Below, piece by piece: positions 11,826 to 24,314 of a stretch of DNA of 64,000 nt. A program made the translations under genes and the position numbers. This stretch comes from Hypanus sabinus. Taxonomy: Eukaryota. The notes beneath the pieces were generated by a model, which made no database searches, was not told where the DNA came from, and was given only the letters and a program-made list of their open reading frames with translations. The stretch's first letter is position 1. Each line of letters begins with the position of its first letter. Location of the stretch: the NCBI RefSeq assembly GCF_030144855.1, contig NC_082718.1, forward strand, positions 95,666,001-95,730,000. Reading direction: 5' to 3'.

Positions 11826-13911
11826 CAAAGGCAACTGTAGAGTACTATTGAAGAGTGCTACATGACAGGAAAGACCTTGGAGGTACTTACAAACAAGACT
11901 GAATGTCTTAAACTCAAGCTCAACGAAAATGTGAATTGGTGCAAGTTCAGACACGGGCAATAGCTTTAATTCGAATGGGCTGAGAAAATACATTGACTTA
12001 TTATTTAACCAACTTCAACTAATCCTGTAAAACACTGACTCAAAATTTCTTTTGTTTGGGAAACTAAAATTTTGCATTTCGCCACAGTTAATTTTGATGA
12101 GATGAAATGGGCTGATCGCAACAAACCAGCCAGTAGCAGTAAACCTAAAGATGAAAGCTAGGTGGCGCTGCAAGAAAAGACTACACCTCAGCATAGAACT
12201 AATAAAGCGAAGTCAAGTCATCAAATACACAGCAAAAACGGGTGACGGCATACATTTAAAGAACATTTATATGTATCTAAAAAGTGAGATCTGGGGACTG
12301 GATGAAATATACAGAAATTCAAAGGAGAATGTAAGATTTGCAAGAAAGAATACAAGTGTTTTTTTTTCTTTGAAGGACTACAAATTTCAACACAAAAGCT
12401 TTTCAGTTGTATTAAAAGAGAGAGGGGGATTAAGGGGTAGATAGACCTGTAAATACAGTGATAACGTTAAAAAAAATAAGGGCGTCTAAGCAATTATTTC
12501 CGTTCAAAGGGAAAATAGTAAAGAGGCTAGAAACCAGTTTCTGCACCCAGAAAGTGATAGGGAGACACAATAGGCAGAGTTGAGAAGTTGAGTCAATGCT
12601 TCAAGTCACAAAACTTTTCTTCATCTTCATAATCGGGGTGGGAAATCTACAGCATGCCTACAATAATGCAGAATTTCAGAGACAGGTATCCTTCGAGAGA
12701 AATAAAAGTGATAGAGTTGCAAACTTTGGCCAAGCAATTGTGAGCTTGAAGCTAAGTAAAGGAAAAGATGTAGTTAATTTTCTACTTTGTTAATTTGGGA
12801 TCTGTGCGTTTCTGCAAATCGCAGCTAACTTCTGGTGGTGGGATTCACTCCTTTAGTGTTTTTGGGTAGAGAGCCCGATGATGATGGAGAAGTGATTTGT
12901 TATCAAAAGGTGTGAAACATTTTTGGGGGGACCAGAATACACAGGTGCTCCCACATCCATTCTGCCCTTGCCCTGTTAGGTGGGTCTATTGTCTGAGCAT
13001 TCTGGATGACGGACAATACAGTGCCCACTGTGTAGTGGTGGCAGAGGGGATGCATATTTACTGCTGCGAGAGAGTGGTGTAAAGATTGGTCAATATATAA
13101 GAATCTTGATTTTAGTGGTACTGTAAACTGGACACGATGCTAATAAATGCAGTGGGTAAGACTGTTTCTTTCTTAATAGTGCAAGCACAGCAGTATTTAT
13201 CAGGTGTTTCCTGATTTTAGATTAAAGGTTTGAATTTATCGAATGAGCAAATAAGAATGGTGAGGTTATTCAATCATAAATGAGAAATACAATATAGGTA
13301 AGAGTTTAGATCTCATTTGATTTCTCTATTTAAGGATTTTTTAATTTACCTTGGAACTGCCCACAATGACACTCTGCCAGAAATTATTATTTTTGATCAA
13401 CTTTGCCAACTTTCCACCCTAACTTTTATACCACTAACTTCAACCAAACTGGTTTAGAGATCCATGTATTTATTCCCTCCATTGTTTTAAAGGGAGGCGT
13501 CTAATGATTTTGTCTGTGATGTTTTACCAAATGCCTGTCTTTAAGAAAGGCAAGTGGGTGAAAACAGGGACTCTCCAGAAGTATCTAGAACATTGTCCAT
13601 GTATCTGGTATCCCTTCTCAGCAAAGGGTCAGAAATCTGATGCCTGGGATGGCAGGTTTATTGTGAGAAGAGATTTGAACTAGGACTGTGCAAAGAGGTT
13701 TTGTCATTTGAAGAAGTATTTGACAACGTGGATGTTTTCTCAGGCCAGGCTGTCAAGAACGAGCAGTCCCAGTTTCAAAATAGGTTTAACTATTCCAATC
13801 CCTAAAAGGCAGTGGAACTTTAATGTAAGGGCTGTGGCAGCTCAGTAACCAGCGATATTGAAGAGAGAGACTAATGAATTTTTGGACATTACAGAAACAA
13901 GGAATACGGGG

Positions 13912-16847
13912 TGTAACGTTCTCCTTCGCGTGTCACGAACGCCGAATTTAACGTCGAGATAAACCACAGTTAATAAGAACCAGATCGCAGCAAGATTAAC
14001 CATTTACTGTTCACTCTTCACATTAACATATGGTGAAAACTGTTGATAAAACAATACAAGATTGATACAGTATTTGTTCCTTCCTTAATATCACATTTCA
14101 AGTGTAAATACTTGCAAAGGTGACTATAACTACATTACACTAAGGTGCAGTATACAGGGAGAGTTTACCTGCTCCATTGACTACTTTAAATACACTTCCA
14201 TGCAAACTATCCGCGACTCTTTAACTAACGAAAGCATAAACATTATCTACCGTCGTTACTTCTAACAGGATCGGAATAGCATCTTAGTTCAATATATCGA
14301 TTATCTATTAACTTACAGCGTTGCTCTCACTGTGATTTCTCATGCCTGCAAAACAACTTCTGCTCGGGTCTGCCTCGTGGTGAGCCCCCACCCTCGCGCT
14401 AATTTCAAACCGGTATTTTCCCACAAGACGCGGCGAAACCGGATGTGACGTCATTGCATGCCGATATATTTTACATGCAATGAATATACTTTAAACACTT
14501 CTAATTCTAACTAGAAAATAGTATCGAATGAATTACTAAGCGGAAATATTATAAACTAAATAACTGTCGTAAAGACAGCACACTCCCCGCTTGACCTTCG
14601 TAAGGTCACAATGAGCAGAGTACAAAACTTAGTCTCTTAATCAGTCATTGGGTAGAAGTAGAATAACTTCTGTAACTGGCCCTTGGTAAATTTTCACATC
14701 GCCTTGGTCGGTAGTCTTCAATTCGATCTTCCTGACATGTCCATCCCCGCTAGGGAATGTAGCAGTGATTCTGGCCATTGGCCAGCTGTTGCGGGCGATT
14801 TGCTTGTCCCTGAGCAGGACTAAGTCTTCAACTTGAAGATTCCTTCGGGGTTCTGTCCACTTTTGTCTCTGTTGCAACAAAGGTAGACATTTTTGTCTCC
14901 AGCGAGGCCAGAACTGATTTGCCAGAGCCTGGACTTGTCTCCATTGCTTTGTGTACAAATCCTTGTCTGAGAAGTCTCCTGGTGGAGGAGGTGCTCCTGC
15001 CTTCTGCGTAAAGAGCGTTGATGGCGAAAGTATAAAGGGGTTTTCTGGGTCAGAAGACACAGGTAGGAATGATTGTGCGTTTATAATGGCTGTGACCTCT
15101 GCCATTAGGGTGCACAGTACCTCGTGGGCCAATCGGGTGCGTTGCTGCATCTCAGGTTTCCTTTTCTGGGTTTTCCGTAAGGACGTGAACCGTTTGACTG
15201 CCTGCTCTTTGTTATCTGGTGAGCGCTGGCGTGGTTCTCTGAAAGGCAATGGGGCAACCCCATTATTTGCTTCATCTCTGAAGACCTTGGTGTCTTTGGG
15301 TTTTAAAGAAATGGTATCTTGAGCTGATTGTGCAAGTTTGTTTCCGTGCTCGGTTTGAACGAAAACTGACTGACCTAGCGTCTCGTCGGTTACTTTACGC
15401 TTGGTAATGTCTTGTTGTGCTTCTTTAGGGTACACCTCAGTGAGGCAGATCTTGGAACAAGAACGGCTTGACTGAGTTTGACTGCAAACTTCTGTACAGT
15501 TCGAGCTGACAATTGTTGTCCTGGAGTGAACCTCTCCCTCCCCGCCGTCCTGTTGTGGGGGTGAAGGAGCGTTGTCGGTTCTTTCATTCTTGACTTCATC
15601 ACGGAGCCGTGAGGGTAAATTTCCTTCCTCGTATGGATGTGATGCAATCGTGACTCTCTGAGGTTCCTCGTAGCTGGGGAAGTTATCGAATACGTATGGA
15701 GAGGGGAGACGAGCCTGCCTGTCTATTTGAGATTGTACATAGTCGCTTGTGCGTTCCAGTCTGGTCCTTTCTAAAGTAGATCTTGCTTCGGTCAGATCAC
15801 GCGACCCTTCAGCTTCTTCTATGTACTCTGCTTCCGCCATGGCAGCTTCTTCTTCTCTTTCTAGCTGCAGCACTTGCAACTCTGTCGATATTTTTGCCAT
15901 TTCCAATTGGGTTTCGGCTTCTCGGGCGGCCGCTTTCCTTTGTCTGGCAGCCTTTTCTTTCTGGATTTCGGCTTCTCTGATGGCCTGCAGCATTTTCAAA
16001 ACTGCTTCTTGTCTGGCGTAACGCAGTCGCACCTTGGCGGCTTCTGCCTTGGCTCTCGCCTGGGTGGACTTACTTGATGTCGGTTTACCGCCCTTGTCGC
16101 TGGGCGGCGTTGACTTGATGCTGGATCGAGCTGACATTGCAGCACTTGAAACACCTGATAATGTCGCTTTTTCACTGTAACGTTCTCCTTCGCGTGTCAC
16201 GAACGCCGAATTTAACGTCGAGATAAACCACAGTTAATAAGAACCAGATCGCAGCAAGATTAACCATTTACTGTTCACTCTTCACATTAACATATGGTGA
16301 AAACTGTTGATAAAACAATACAAGATTGATACAGTATTTGTTCCTTCCTTAATATCACATTTCAAGTGTAAATACTTGCAAAGGTGACTATAACTACATT
16401 ACACTAAGGTGCAGTATACAGGGAGAGTTTAGCTGCTCCATTGACTACTTTAAATACACTTCCATGCAAACTATCCGCGACTCTTTAACTAACGAAAGCA
16501 TAAACATTATCTACCATCGTTACTTCTAACAGGATCGGCATTAGCATCTTAGTTCAATATATCGATTATCTATTAACTTACAGCGTTGCTCTCACTGTGA
16601 TTTCTCATGCCTGCAAAACAACTTCTGCTCAGGTGTGCCTCGTGGTGAGCCCCCACCCTCGCGCTAATTTCAAACCGGTGTTTTCCCACAAGACGCGGCG
16701 AAACCGGATGTGACGTCATCGCATGCCGATATATTTTACATGCAATGAATATACTTTAAACACTTCTAATTCTAACTAGAAAATACTATCGAATGAATTA
16801 CTAAGCGGAAATATTATAAACTAAATAACTGTCGTAAAGACAGCACA
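13912..16847 (-). mobile_element. Young non-autonomous BEL/Pao LTR retrotransposon
   Basis: LTRs at 13912-14582 and 16176-16847 (TG...CA; about 9 differences counted by eye, roughly 98.7% identity). 5-bp TSD CGGGG at 13907-13911 and 16848-16852. PPT AGCGGGGAG abuts the left (3') LTR. Confidence 0.95.
14641..16137 (-). CDS. 498-aa internally deleted BEL/Pao polyprotein (gag coiled coil, linkers, integrase C-terminal/DUF5641-like region)
   Basis: Stop-free ORF from MSARSS. BEL motifs: AKAEAAKVRL, CTEVC...RSCSKICL..VYPK, VAPLPFR..RQR, LCTLMAEVTAIIN, QWRQVQALANQFW.RW, WPMARI..FPSGDGHVRK. No protease, RT, RNase H or integrase catalytic core. Confidence 0.85.
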   Translation of the reverse strand: MSARSSIKSTPPSDKGGKPTSSKSTQARAKAEAAKVRLRYARQEAVLKMLQAIREAEIQKEKAARQRKAAAREAETQLEMAKISTELQVLQLEREEEAAMAEAEYIEEAEGSRDLTEARSTLERTRLERTSDYVQSQIDRQARLPSPYVFDNFPSYEEPQRVTIASHPYEEGNLPSRLRDEVKNERTDNAPSPPQQDGGEGEVHSRTTIVSSNCTEVCSQTQSSRSCSKICLTEVYPKEAQQDITKRKVTDETLGQSVFVQTEHGNKLAQSAQDTISLKPKDTKVFRDEANNGVAPLPFREPRQRSPDNKEQAVKRFTSLRKTQKRKPEMQQRTRLAHEVLCTLMAEVTAIINAQSFLPVSSDPENPFILSPSTLFTQKAGAPPPPGDFSDKDLYTKQWRQVQALANQFWPRWRQKCLPLLQQRQKWTEPRRNLQVEDLVLLRDKQIARNSWPMARITATFPSGDGHVRKIELKTTDQGDVKIYQGPVTEVILLLPND

Positions 16848-17009
16848 CGGGGCTTGTGCAGGAAAATAGCACAGAGGTAAAAAAAAAGCTCAGCAATAAT
16901 TTTGTCCAAGTGCAGTGATGAATATTTTTTCTTCTGCCATCACATTATTTGGAGGCCTACAAAGAATCTTGAAATGGTTGAGAGATTTTACCATAGTGAT
17001 ACCGCCTAA

Positions 17010-17250
17010 TCACATAGTAGGGTTCAGCACCTGGGTCAAATCCTGACCCATCATTAATGGAGTTTGCATGTTCTCTCTGTCACCACAGATTTCTTTGGGT
17101 GCTCTGATTTCCTCCCACAAAGATATGTGGGTTAGGTTTTTATGTGGCCCACTGTAAATAAATTCTAGAATGTAGGTGAGTGGAAGTATTTGGGGCAATT
17201 GATGGGAGAGTAAAATGGGATCAGTGCAAGATAGTTAGCGTGAACTTGGT
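17010..17250 (+). mobile_element. tRNA-derived SINE (V-SINE/HE1-like)
   Basis: B-box-like gggtcaaatcctg followed by ggagtttgcatgttctc...gggtgctctgatttcctcccaca. Confidence 0.65.
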
Positions 17251-17972
17251 TCAAAAGACCAGCTTCTATCCTGTTGGGAGCAACACGCACAAAATGCTGG
17301 TGGAACTCAGCAGGTCAGTACAGTTGATGTTTCAGGCCGAGACCCTTCATCAGGACACTGTTTGTCTATGCTGTCTGGCTTCATGATTCAAATTATAAGA
17401 CTTTAAAGTTACAAGGGTAGTTTCCAGCAAAAAAAAGGTTGAGGGATACTTGACAGGGGTATAAAATATGATAAATTTAAATTTTAAACAGACCAATAGA
17501 TTAGGGTAAATTTCATCTAAGAAACATACGAAGGATTCAAGAAATACAGCAAGTGTTGGTAATGACCTGTAAATTGCTAAATTGGATGCACCAATGATCA
17601 ATGCTGGCAAAAGGATATTAAATAAGCAACTGAAGGGAAAAAAATTGTGGGGCCACGGGGATAAAGCAGAGTACATGATTGATTGGATTTTCCTACTCAA
17701 GAGACAACATGGGTACAATGGTCTATTTTGTGTCGTCATGACATCGATTCAATAAATAAGATTGCATACAAACTGGATAACTCCCTAAACAACCAGCACA
17801 GGTTCATTAGGCCAAACTCTATTACTGTAGTTTGGACTTTCAATAGGATATAGTTAGTCTCACTTTTTTGATATTGCATTTCCCTATATTTATGATGCAT
17901 GTATTTCTAGAAGAGTCAGAGTTGGCGAATGGGCTGCGTTGACGCGTGAATGAAGTTACCAGAGAAAAGTAC

Positions 17973-18165
17973 AAACAAGAGAAAATCTGCAGATGCTGGA
18001 AATCCAAGCAACATCCGCAAAATGCTGGAGGAACTCAGCAGGCCAGGCAGCATCAATGGAGAAGAGTACAATCGACGTTTCCAGCAGAGACCCTTCATCA
18101 GGACTGGGAAAAAAAACAGATGAAGGGTCAGAGTAAGGAAGTGGGGGAGAGGGGGAAGGACCACA
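17973..18165 (-). mobile_element. Penelope pseudo-LTR fragment with hammerhead core (about 18069-18108), nested in the ERV 3' LTR
   Basis: Minus strand reads CAGUC-CUGAUGA-AGGGUCUCUGCUG-GAAAC-GUC-GAUUG. Confidence 0.75.
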
Positions 18166-18182
18166 GGTTGGTTTGTAGATAC

Positions 18183-18662
18183 TATTGGAGTATAAAACTT
18201 GTATCATTTGCTGTGTAACCAAAACTATGTAGTCAGTTTGCTATGCATGTACTCAATTTAGTAGAATGAAATCTTAGGAATGTATAAGACAATGGTGTGT
18301 TTATTATTTGCTATGCATGTACCCAATTTGGTAGGAGACTGAAGTCTTAAAAATGTAGACAATGATATGTTAATGAGAGGTAGCTAAGAGATGTAGATTA
18401 GAACATGATTAATCCAATTTATAGGAACAATAGGGACATGATGTACGTGTAGTACGTGTAATACGCAACTATAGATCGATTACATATGCTAATGCAACAG
18501 GACCAGGAGATTGCTATAAAAAATGCCGTGTCCGAGGATCTGTGGGCAATCAGCGACTGGCTCAATGACTGTCTCAGCTTTGATTTGCAAATTAAAGTTT
18601 AACCCTTCTTGAAGAATCTTCTGCGTCTCCTGGTCATTTGTGAGGCACGAAAAACCACAACA
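18183..18662 (+). mobile_element. Solo LTR (480 bp) nested in the ERV 3' LTR
   Basis: Ends TATTG...CAACA (decayed TGTTG). 4-bp TSD ATAC at 18179-18182 and 18663-18666. TATAAA at about 18515 and ATTAAA at about 18591. Internal duplication of about 70 bp. Confidence 0.8.
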
Positions 18663-21600
18663 ATACAAAGCAGCTTCTTTATTCGACAAAACAAAGCACC
18701 ATACGTAGACGCTTTCAGCCGCAAGGTCTGCTGGCCCAACGTGGGACTCCAAATTTTTATGTGCTAAACATCAAAAGCACAATTCCATATTTACAATGTA
18801 TCCGTAATGCTTTCTTTTAAACTACCAACAAACTTCACACTTCCCGACTCGCACGCACACCACAAATGAACATTGTCTGCTCGGAGGTTTTCAGCTTTTC
18901 GGAACCCATTGCTCAGAGCTGCTCCCCAAATTAAATCCACGATTCACATTCAGATATGAGGACTGGTGGCTAAAGTCGTCTGCTAAATGTAAATGCTTTA
19001 AACCCAAAATCGCTCTAACATAACCTCCTTTTAGCTGTCCTGGTCAAAAATATATTTGCACCAGAAAAGGCCAACATAAAGGAGGATCTACTCAAACAAG
19101 GCAGCAAAAATGCCCTGACTCGTAATTCCACCCACCCACAAGTATTTAAATGTGCACCTACATCTACCCTCTCCACAAAACTGCTAAGCAGAGAGATTGT
19201 TGCAGAAATTTGAAGAACAGTTTTTCGAAATGCGTCTTCGTTCGTGTGCCGGTTTGTCCCCCCCCCCCCCCCCCCCCCGCTGGCCGATTTCAGCTCAACC
19301 ACATTCCTTGTCCTCACCCCTTCATCCTCTAGTTGCTAAAACTCTCCCTTTCCGGGGCTCAGAGGCCTCTCAGGAAGGGGCTGGGGTGGTTTCTAATTGA
19401 ATGACTGCAAGGACTTCTCCCCAGTGGTACCCCCTTCCGAAATGTCCAGTCGATCGCTGGCCCGACTCACTTGCATTAACTGCCCACTCAGGCTGGGGGT
19501 GACTACCTTCAGGTGCCGTGCGCGATCTTTCCCAGTCTGCTATGCTATCGAAGTTGCGCAACCTGCTGTCTCAGCTTTAACTTAAAATCCATCCCCATCT
19601 TCTGCCTTCCCGTTTCCGGGGGGTGCGTTTTCATCAGCTGTGGTCGGCTAGTGTTCATCTCTTGGGATAGCATAAACCCCGGCCTTTCAGGCAGCACCTC
19701 ACCGTGACTTGGTCACCCGGCTGCGGGGGGACTGTCTCCTTTCCCTGCAGCTCTCTCTGATCAGCAATGTGCCGCTGTTGTTTTGCTGGGTCCTTCAACG
19801 CTTTAAGGTGGCTACAAAGGTCTTTCACATATTCTGTCCCCGTAAGCCCCAGGGAGTCGCGTTGCTCGCCCCCCCCCCCGTCAATAATTCGTAGCTGCTG
19901 AGACCCAGCGTGCAGTTTTGGGTTTGCTCGCAATCTCGTCAGCATTCCCGATAAATACCCCGACCCAGGTCTTTCCCGTCTCGATTACAGCACCGGCTAA
20001 AGCGTCCTTGATTGCTCTGTCCCTGAACTCGGAGGGTGGTAGGGTACGTGGAACCGTTGTCGGATCCCTAGCAGCCAGCATATTTCCCTCCCGACTTCCC
20101 CTGTGAACTCTGCTCCACCTGAACTGGGGTTCCCCTCCTTGGGAGGACTTCCTGAACTAGGATCCGTGTAGCGGTGCAGTCGCTGAAAGATCTCGGCCCG
20201 AAACATTGACTGTACTCTTTTCCATAGATGCTGCCTGGCCTGCTGAGTTCCTCCAGCATTTTGTCTGTGCTCCCTCTACAAACGTTTGTATTTCCATTTG
20301 GCGCTCGTGTGCCTGCCTCCCCCTCTGTTAGGATGGCGCTCGCGGGATTCGTTGCAGCGTCCCTAACTATCGTTACCGACTTGTCTATGGGGATGAGAAC
20401 TGCCTCCCCAGCTGCCCTTCTGCTGCCGGTGACTGTCCTCAGCCTCCCCGTATTCAGGAGCTTTACAACGGTGTGCAGTACGAGTTGTCCCATCGCACTG
20501 CCCACGGGGCGCAGTCTGAGGTCCTGCCGCAACGGGAGTCAGTTTCATTGAATAACGTGTCCCTGGCTTTGGGCCGCCGCTGCAGTATAGGTGAAAGGGG
20601 CGAGACGTGGCCCCATCCTAGCGCGGGTGCACAGACCAGGGCTTTCTTGATACCTGTAAAGGCCTTTTTCTCATTTGGCCCCAGCCTTACTTCCTCCAGA
20701 GGAGGCTTCCCTCCTTTAATCACTTCGTTGCGAGAACCCCGGTGTGAAACCACTGCCTTCCTCGCTCCCTTTGTGGGGCATGAAGCTGATTGCAGAACGC
20801 CTGTCATCTGACATGTCCTTCCTCATCCATCATCAGAAGCCATGAGTAATCATCTACATAGGGTCAGGTGGTCGACCACTTGACGTTCGATTAAACTTTC
20901 CAAAGTCTGCGCCATGACCTTGTTGGAAGTTGGCTGGGGGTATTGTGGAATCCCCGAGGGAGTCTGCTTCATGTGTACTGCCGCTCACCCAGGGTGAAGG
21001 CAAATCGGTCCTGGGACTCGGTCGGGGAGCCTCCAAAATCCATTAGCGATACCCAGGACTGAAAAACCATGTTCTGGAGACAGGCCATTCAGTATTGTCG
21101 CAAGGCTCACCACAATGGGATGCAATCTCGGGATGGTCTTATTAAGGGCGGTATAGTCTATATCATCGAAAACGTACACAACGCTGGAAGAACTCAGTCG
21201 GACAGGCAGCATCCGTGAGAAACGTTTCGGGCCGTTTCTATATCATCCATCGGCTTCTTTACTGGCTATATAGGCGAGTTGATAGTTGACGCAGTCTCTC
21301 CGAGTATCCCCAGGTGTTTTAGCTCCTTCACCATGCCCTGAACAGCTTTAACTGGGTATATCTTTATTCCACCACAATATCGCTTGTGTCTGGCCCACAC
21401 TGCTGGGAACTGCTGAAAAAGTAACCCATGAACACCATCTTAGCTCCAGCCTCTGATGACCGGGGCAGCTGCGACTATGCTAGCCAGGCTGTCTATTATA
21501 TTGTTTATACATGCTCGTGCCCCTGACTTATCCACGTTATTTCTCCCTCTCCCTAATCTACAACGGCCCCTGCTTCTCTTAGAATATCTATTCCAGGGAT

Positions 21601-23389
21601 AGTACCCCCCATTATTTGGATATGCCTGTTTCCCCTCCTACACCTGTAATATAAATAGCTTGTCTGGTTGTTGGCAAGGGTAGGACAGTTATCGAATGCC
21701 CCGATATATTGCATTGCCGGCCCCCTAACAATGTTGTATACATTCGCGGGTTACCAGCGCTGGCAGTGGGGGCTGCCGCCAGCTATTTTGCTGTCTTCAC
21801 CAGCACTAAGATCTGATCAGCAGAGAGATTGGACAGACTGGGCACTGATGGGATTACAGTGACTTTCGCCTCCTTTTAGGGCACTGCCTCCAACCATGTC
21901 TCGGTAGGCCACAGCTGTAGCATGTCAATTCCTTTACCCTCCCTTGTCTATTCCTTGCTACGTGACCCGGGTGCCGGCACACAAAACAAACCCTGAGACG
22001 TCACAATGGGGGCACCCGCTATAGCCACTAGAATTTCCCTTTTCACTTTCTTTCGCTTACCTGTCTGGCTCATAAAACTATCAGAGTAGGTCGACCCAAC
22101 TGCTATTCCCAAATCTAAAACCCTGGTGGGCTGAGCTCCAGCATTTTCAAGGAGACTGGGTCATCCCTCCCTAGATCTAACGCTGAATGCTCCTCATACA
22201 CTCTATATTTACATTCTGCATAATCGGTGGCTGTCTCATTCGCTCTTTGAATCAGTGCCATTATCACTCCCCAGTTACTCTCACCTCCCCCACAGTCGCT
22301 GTCTCACTGCCCCTTTTAAAGAGTGATATCCTTCTTCATTGCTGGCATTCCCAGTAGTTGCCCATGTACTTTCCTGCAGCCCCTGGTGTCCCACATATTC
22401 CTTGGGCATGTCGCTTTTACCAACATGTGTATATCTTTGAAGTCCAACCATTTCCTTGAGCTTGCACCAGACTTCTGAATTCCCACATACAACTTTAAGT
22501 GAGGACAACTCTGACAGAAGGCACTCTTTCTCCCAGGGGGTGACGGGGTCATGACTGTTTGTGATCAGGGTCAAGACTCCGATCATCAGGGTTTTCAACC
22601 TGGCGTTGCCTGATCTCAATAGGTGCCATCCTGGCCATATATCTGTGTAAAATCTCTCCCCAAAATATCTCCACACTAAGCAAAATAAAAATGATGGGTA
22701 CCAGTTAAACATGCTAAAACTGCAGAAAATGTACTCTGCAATCCACCACTTTTGAGCATCTAGCTGATGATGCCTGCTGCATTCCTTTGCATCAAACTCG
22801 CAAAACACGTACAGCTCCCCAAACGAGCATACACACTGGCGTCCCAAACCTCGGTAGCCACCCTCCTCAACTGGTGGCTCCATCTCACCAGATTAACACA
22901 CAAAGTTTCGTCTCTTACGTAAACACACATGTACGCAAACACACACAAACACGACTTTTGTACCTACCAATTCAACCCTCCGTGTTACCCTGTACCGCCA
23001 ACCCAAACAGACCCAAATGAGAGTGTTAATTTTAAAAAATGTCACCCACTTAGACTGCTGAAATCACTGGCCACACAATGGGTCGCAGAAAGGTATCCCA
23101 CTGCTGACACCAAATGTCACGTGAGTGAAGTCGCCGCAAAAAAAGCACTGGTAGAAACAAAGCAGTTTCTTTATTCGACAAAAGAAGGTATAGCAGGCAT
23201 CATACGTAGACGCTTTCAGTCAAAAGGTCTGCTGGCCCAACATGGGGCTTGAAATTTTATGTGCTAAACATCAAAATAATTCCATATTTACAATGCTTTC
23301 TTTGAAACTACACACAAACTTCACACCTCCCAGTTCTAGCATGCACCACAGACATCCAAATGAATTTTAATCTGCATAGTCTGGTCTGA

Positions 23390-24314
23390 GGCTACGTCCA
23401 CACAAGACCAGATAATTTTGAAAACTCCAATTTCGCCTAAAAGTGATAGGGGTCCACATCAAGCGTTTTTGAAAATATCTCCGTCCACATTAAAACAGGT
23501 ATTTGGGCGAATCTCCTCCTCCTGCGCATGCTCAGGACACATCTAGAGAAAACAAGCCACATGTTTGGTGTCGAATCTCACTGTGAGTGTGCGTTTGTGC
23601 AGTTACAGACTAGGGAAACTTAAAAGGAAATTGCCAAACGATAGACAGCTGCTGGCTCTCGTGCAGTTGGACTTAAAACTGAAAAAAAAAACATATACTG
23701 GAGCGTATGGAGCCAACCGACAGGGAGTTTATGGACAGAATAAACTGGCGGACAACAAACATTGGAAAAACTGACTAACTGTTGCATTAATAAAGCACCT
23801 TGTTAAACGTATAAAACATGTCTGCATCAGTGCTATCTCATATTTCCATACAATGTTACATTTCTATTGTCAGAGAAGTACTTGCGTAAATAGGTAAACT
23901 ACCTTCATACAAGCAAGGACAGAAAACAAGGCAAAGTGAGTATACTTATTTATTCAGTAAGTTATGAGTCATAGTAGCTGGTGAGTACATTTCTAACTCT
24001 CCTGGCTTCAGTCTTGTTGCCGTCTGTTCTGAAATTGTTAAGTTGTGTGGGGGTTGCCTTCAAAAAAACAATGAAATGCTGCGCTGCCACCACCATCTAT
24101 TCCGGCGTGTCATGACAGCGTTTTTGGAACTCTCCCGATACCCCGTCCACATTACTCTGCCCAATCGGCGTTTTCAAATTTACACACTCTGGAGGGCATT
24201 TTAGAAAAGCACTGTTTTCGGGGGAGGAAAATGCCATTTCAGTGTGGACGGAGGATCAAAATGAAGAGAAAAGGTTTCGGTTACGGATTTATCCGGTCAA
24301 GTGTGGACGTAGCC
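23390..24314. mobile_element. Non-autonomous DNA transposon, PIF/Harbinger-like
   Basis: Perfect 14-bp TIR GGCTACGTCCACAC / GTGTGGACGTAGCC with longer imperfect subterminal inverted repeats. 3-bp flanks tga/aga. Interrupts the ERV 5' LTR. Confidence 0.8.

Noticed and set aside
14641-16137. Domesticated host gene interpretation of the BEL ORF
   Set aside because: Near-identical LTRs and an intact TSD indicate a recent mobile insertion, not an old fixed gene.
16138-16200. N-terminal 21 aa of the listed 519-aa ORF
   Set aside because: It starts at a non-ATG codon inside the LTR. The first ATG is at 16137.
22281-22883. 200-aa ORF as a cellular gene
   Set aside because: It lies in the leader/gag region of the retrovirus-like element, has a non-ATG start and shows no recognisable domain.
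19021-23114. Bona fide endogenous foamy virus
   Set aside because: CCHC gag knuckle, tRNA-Leu PBS, and no env or accessory genes. Only the RT motifs are spuma-like.
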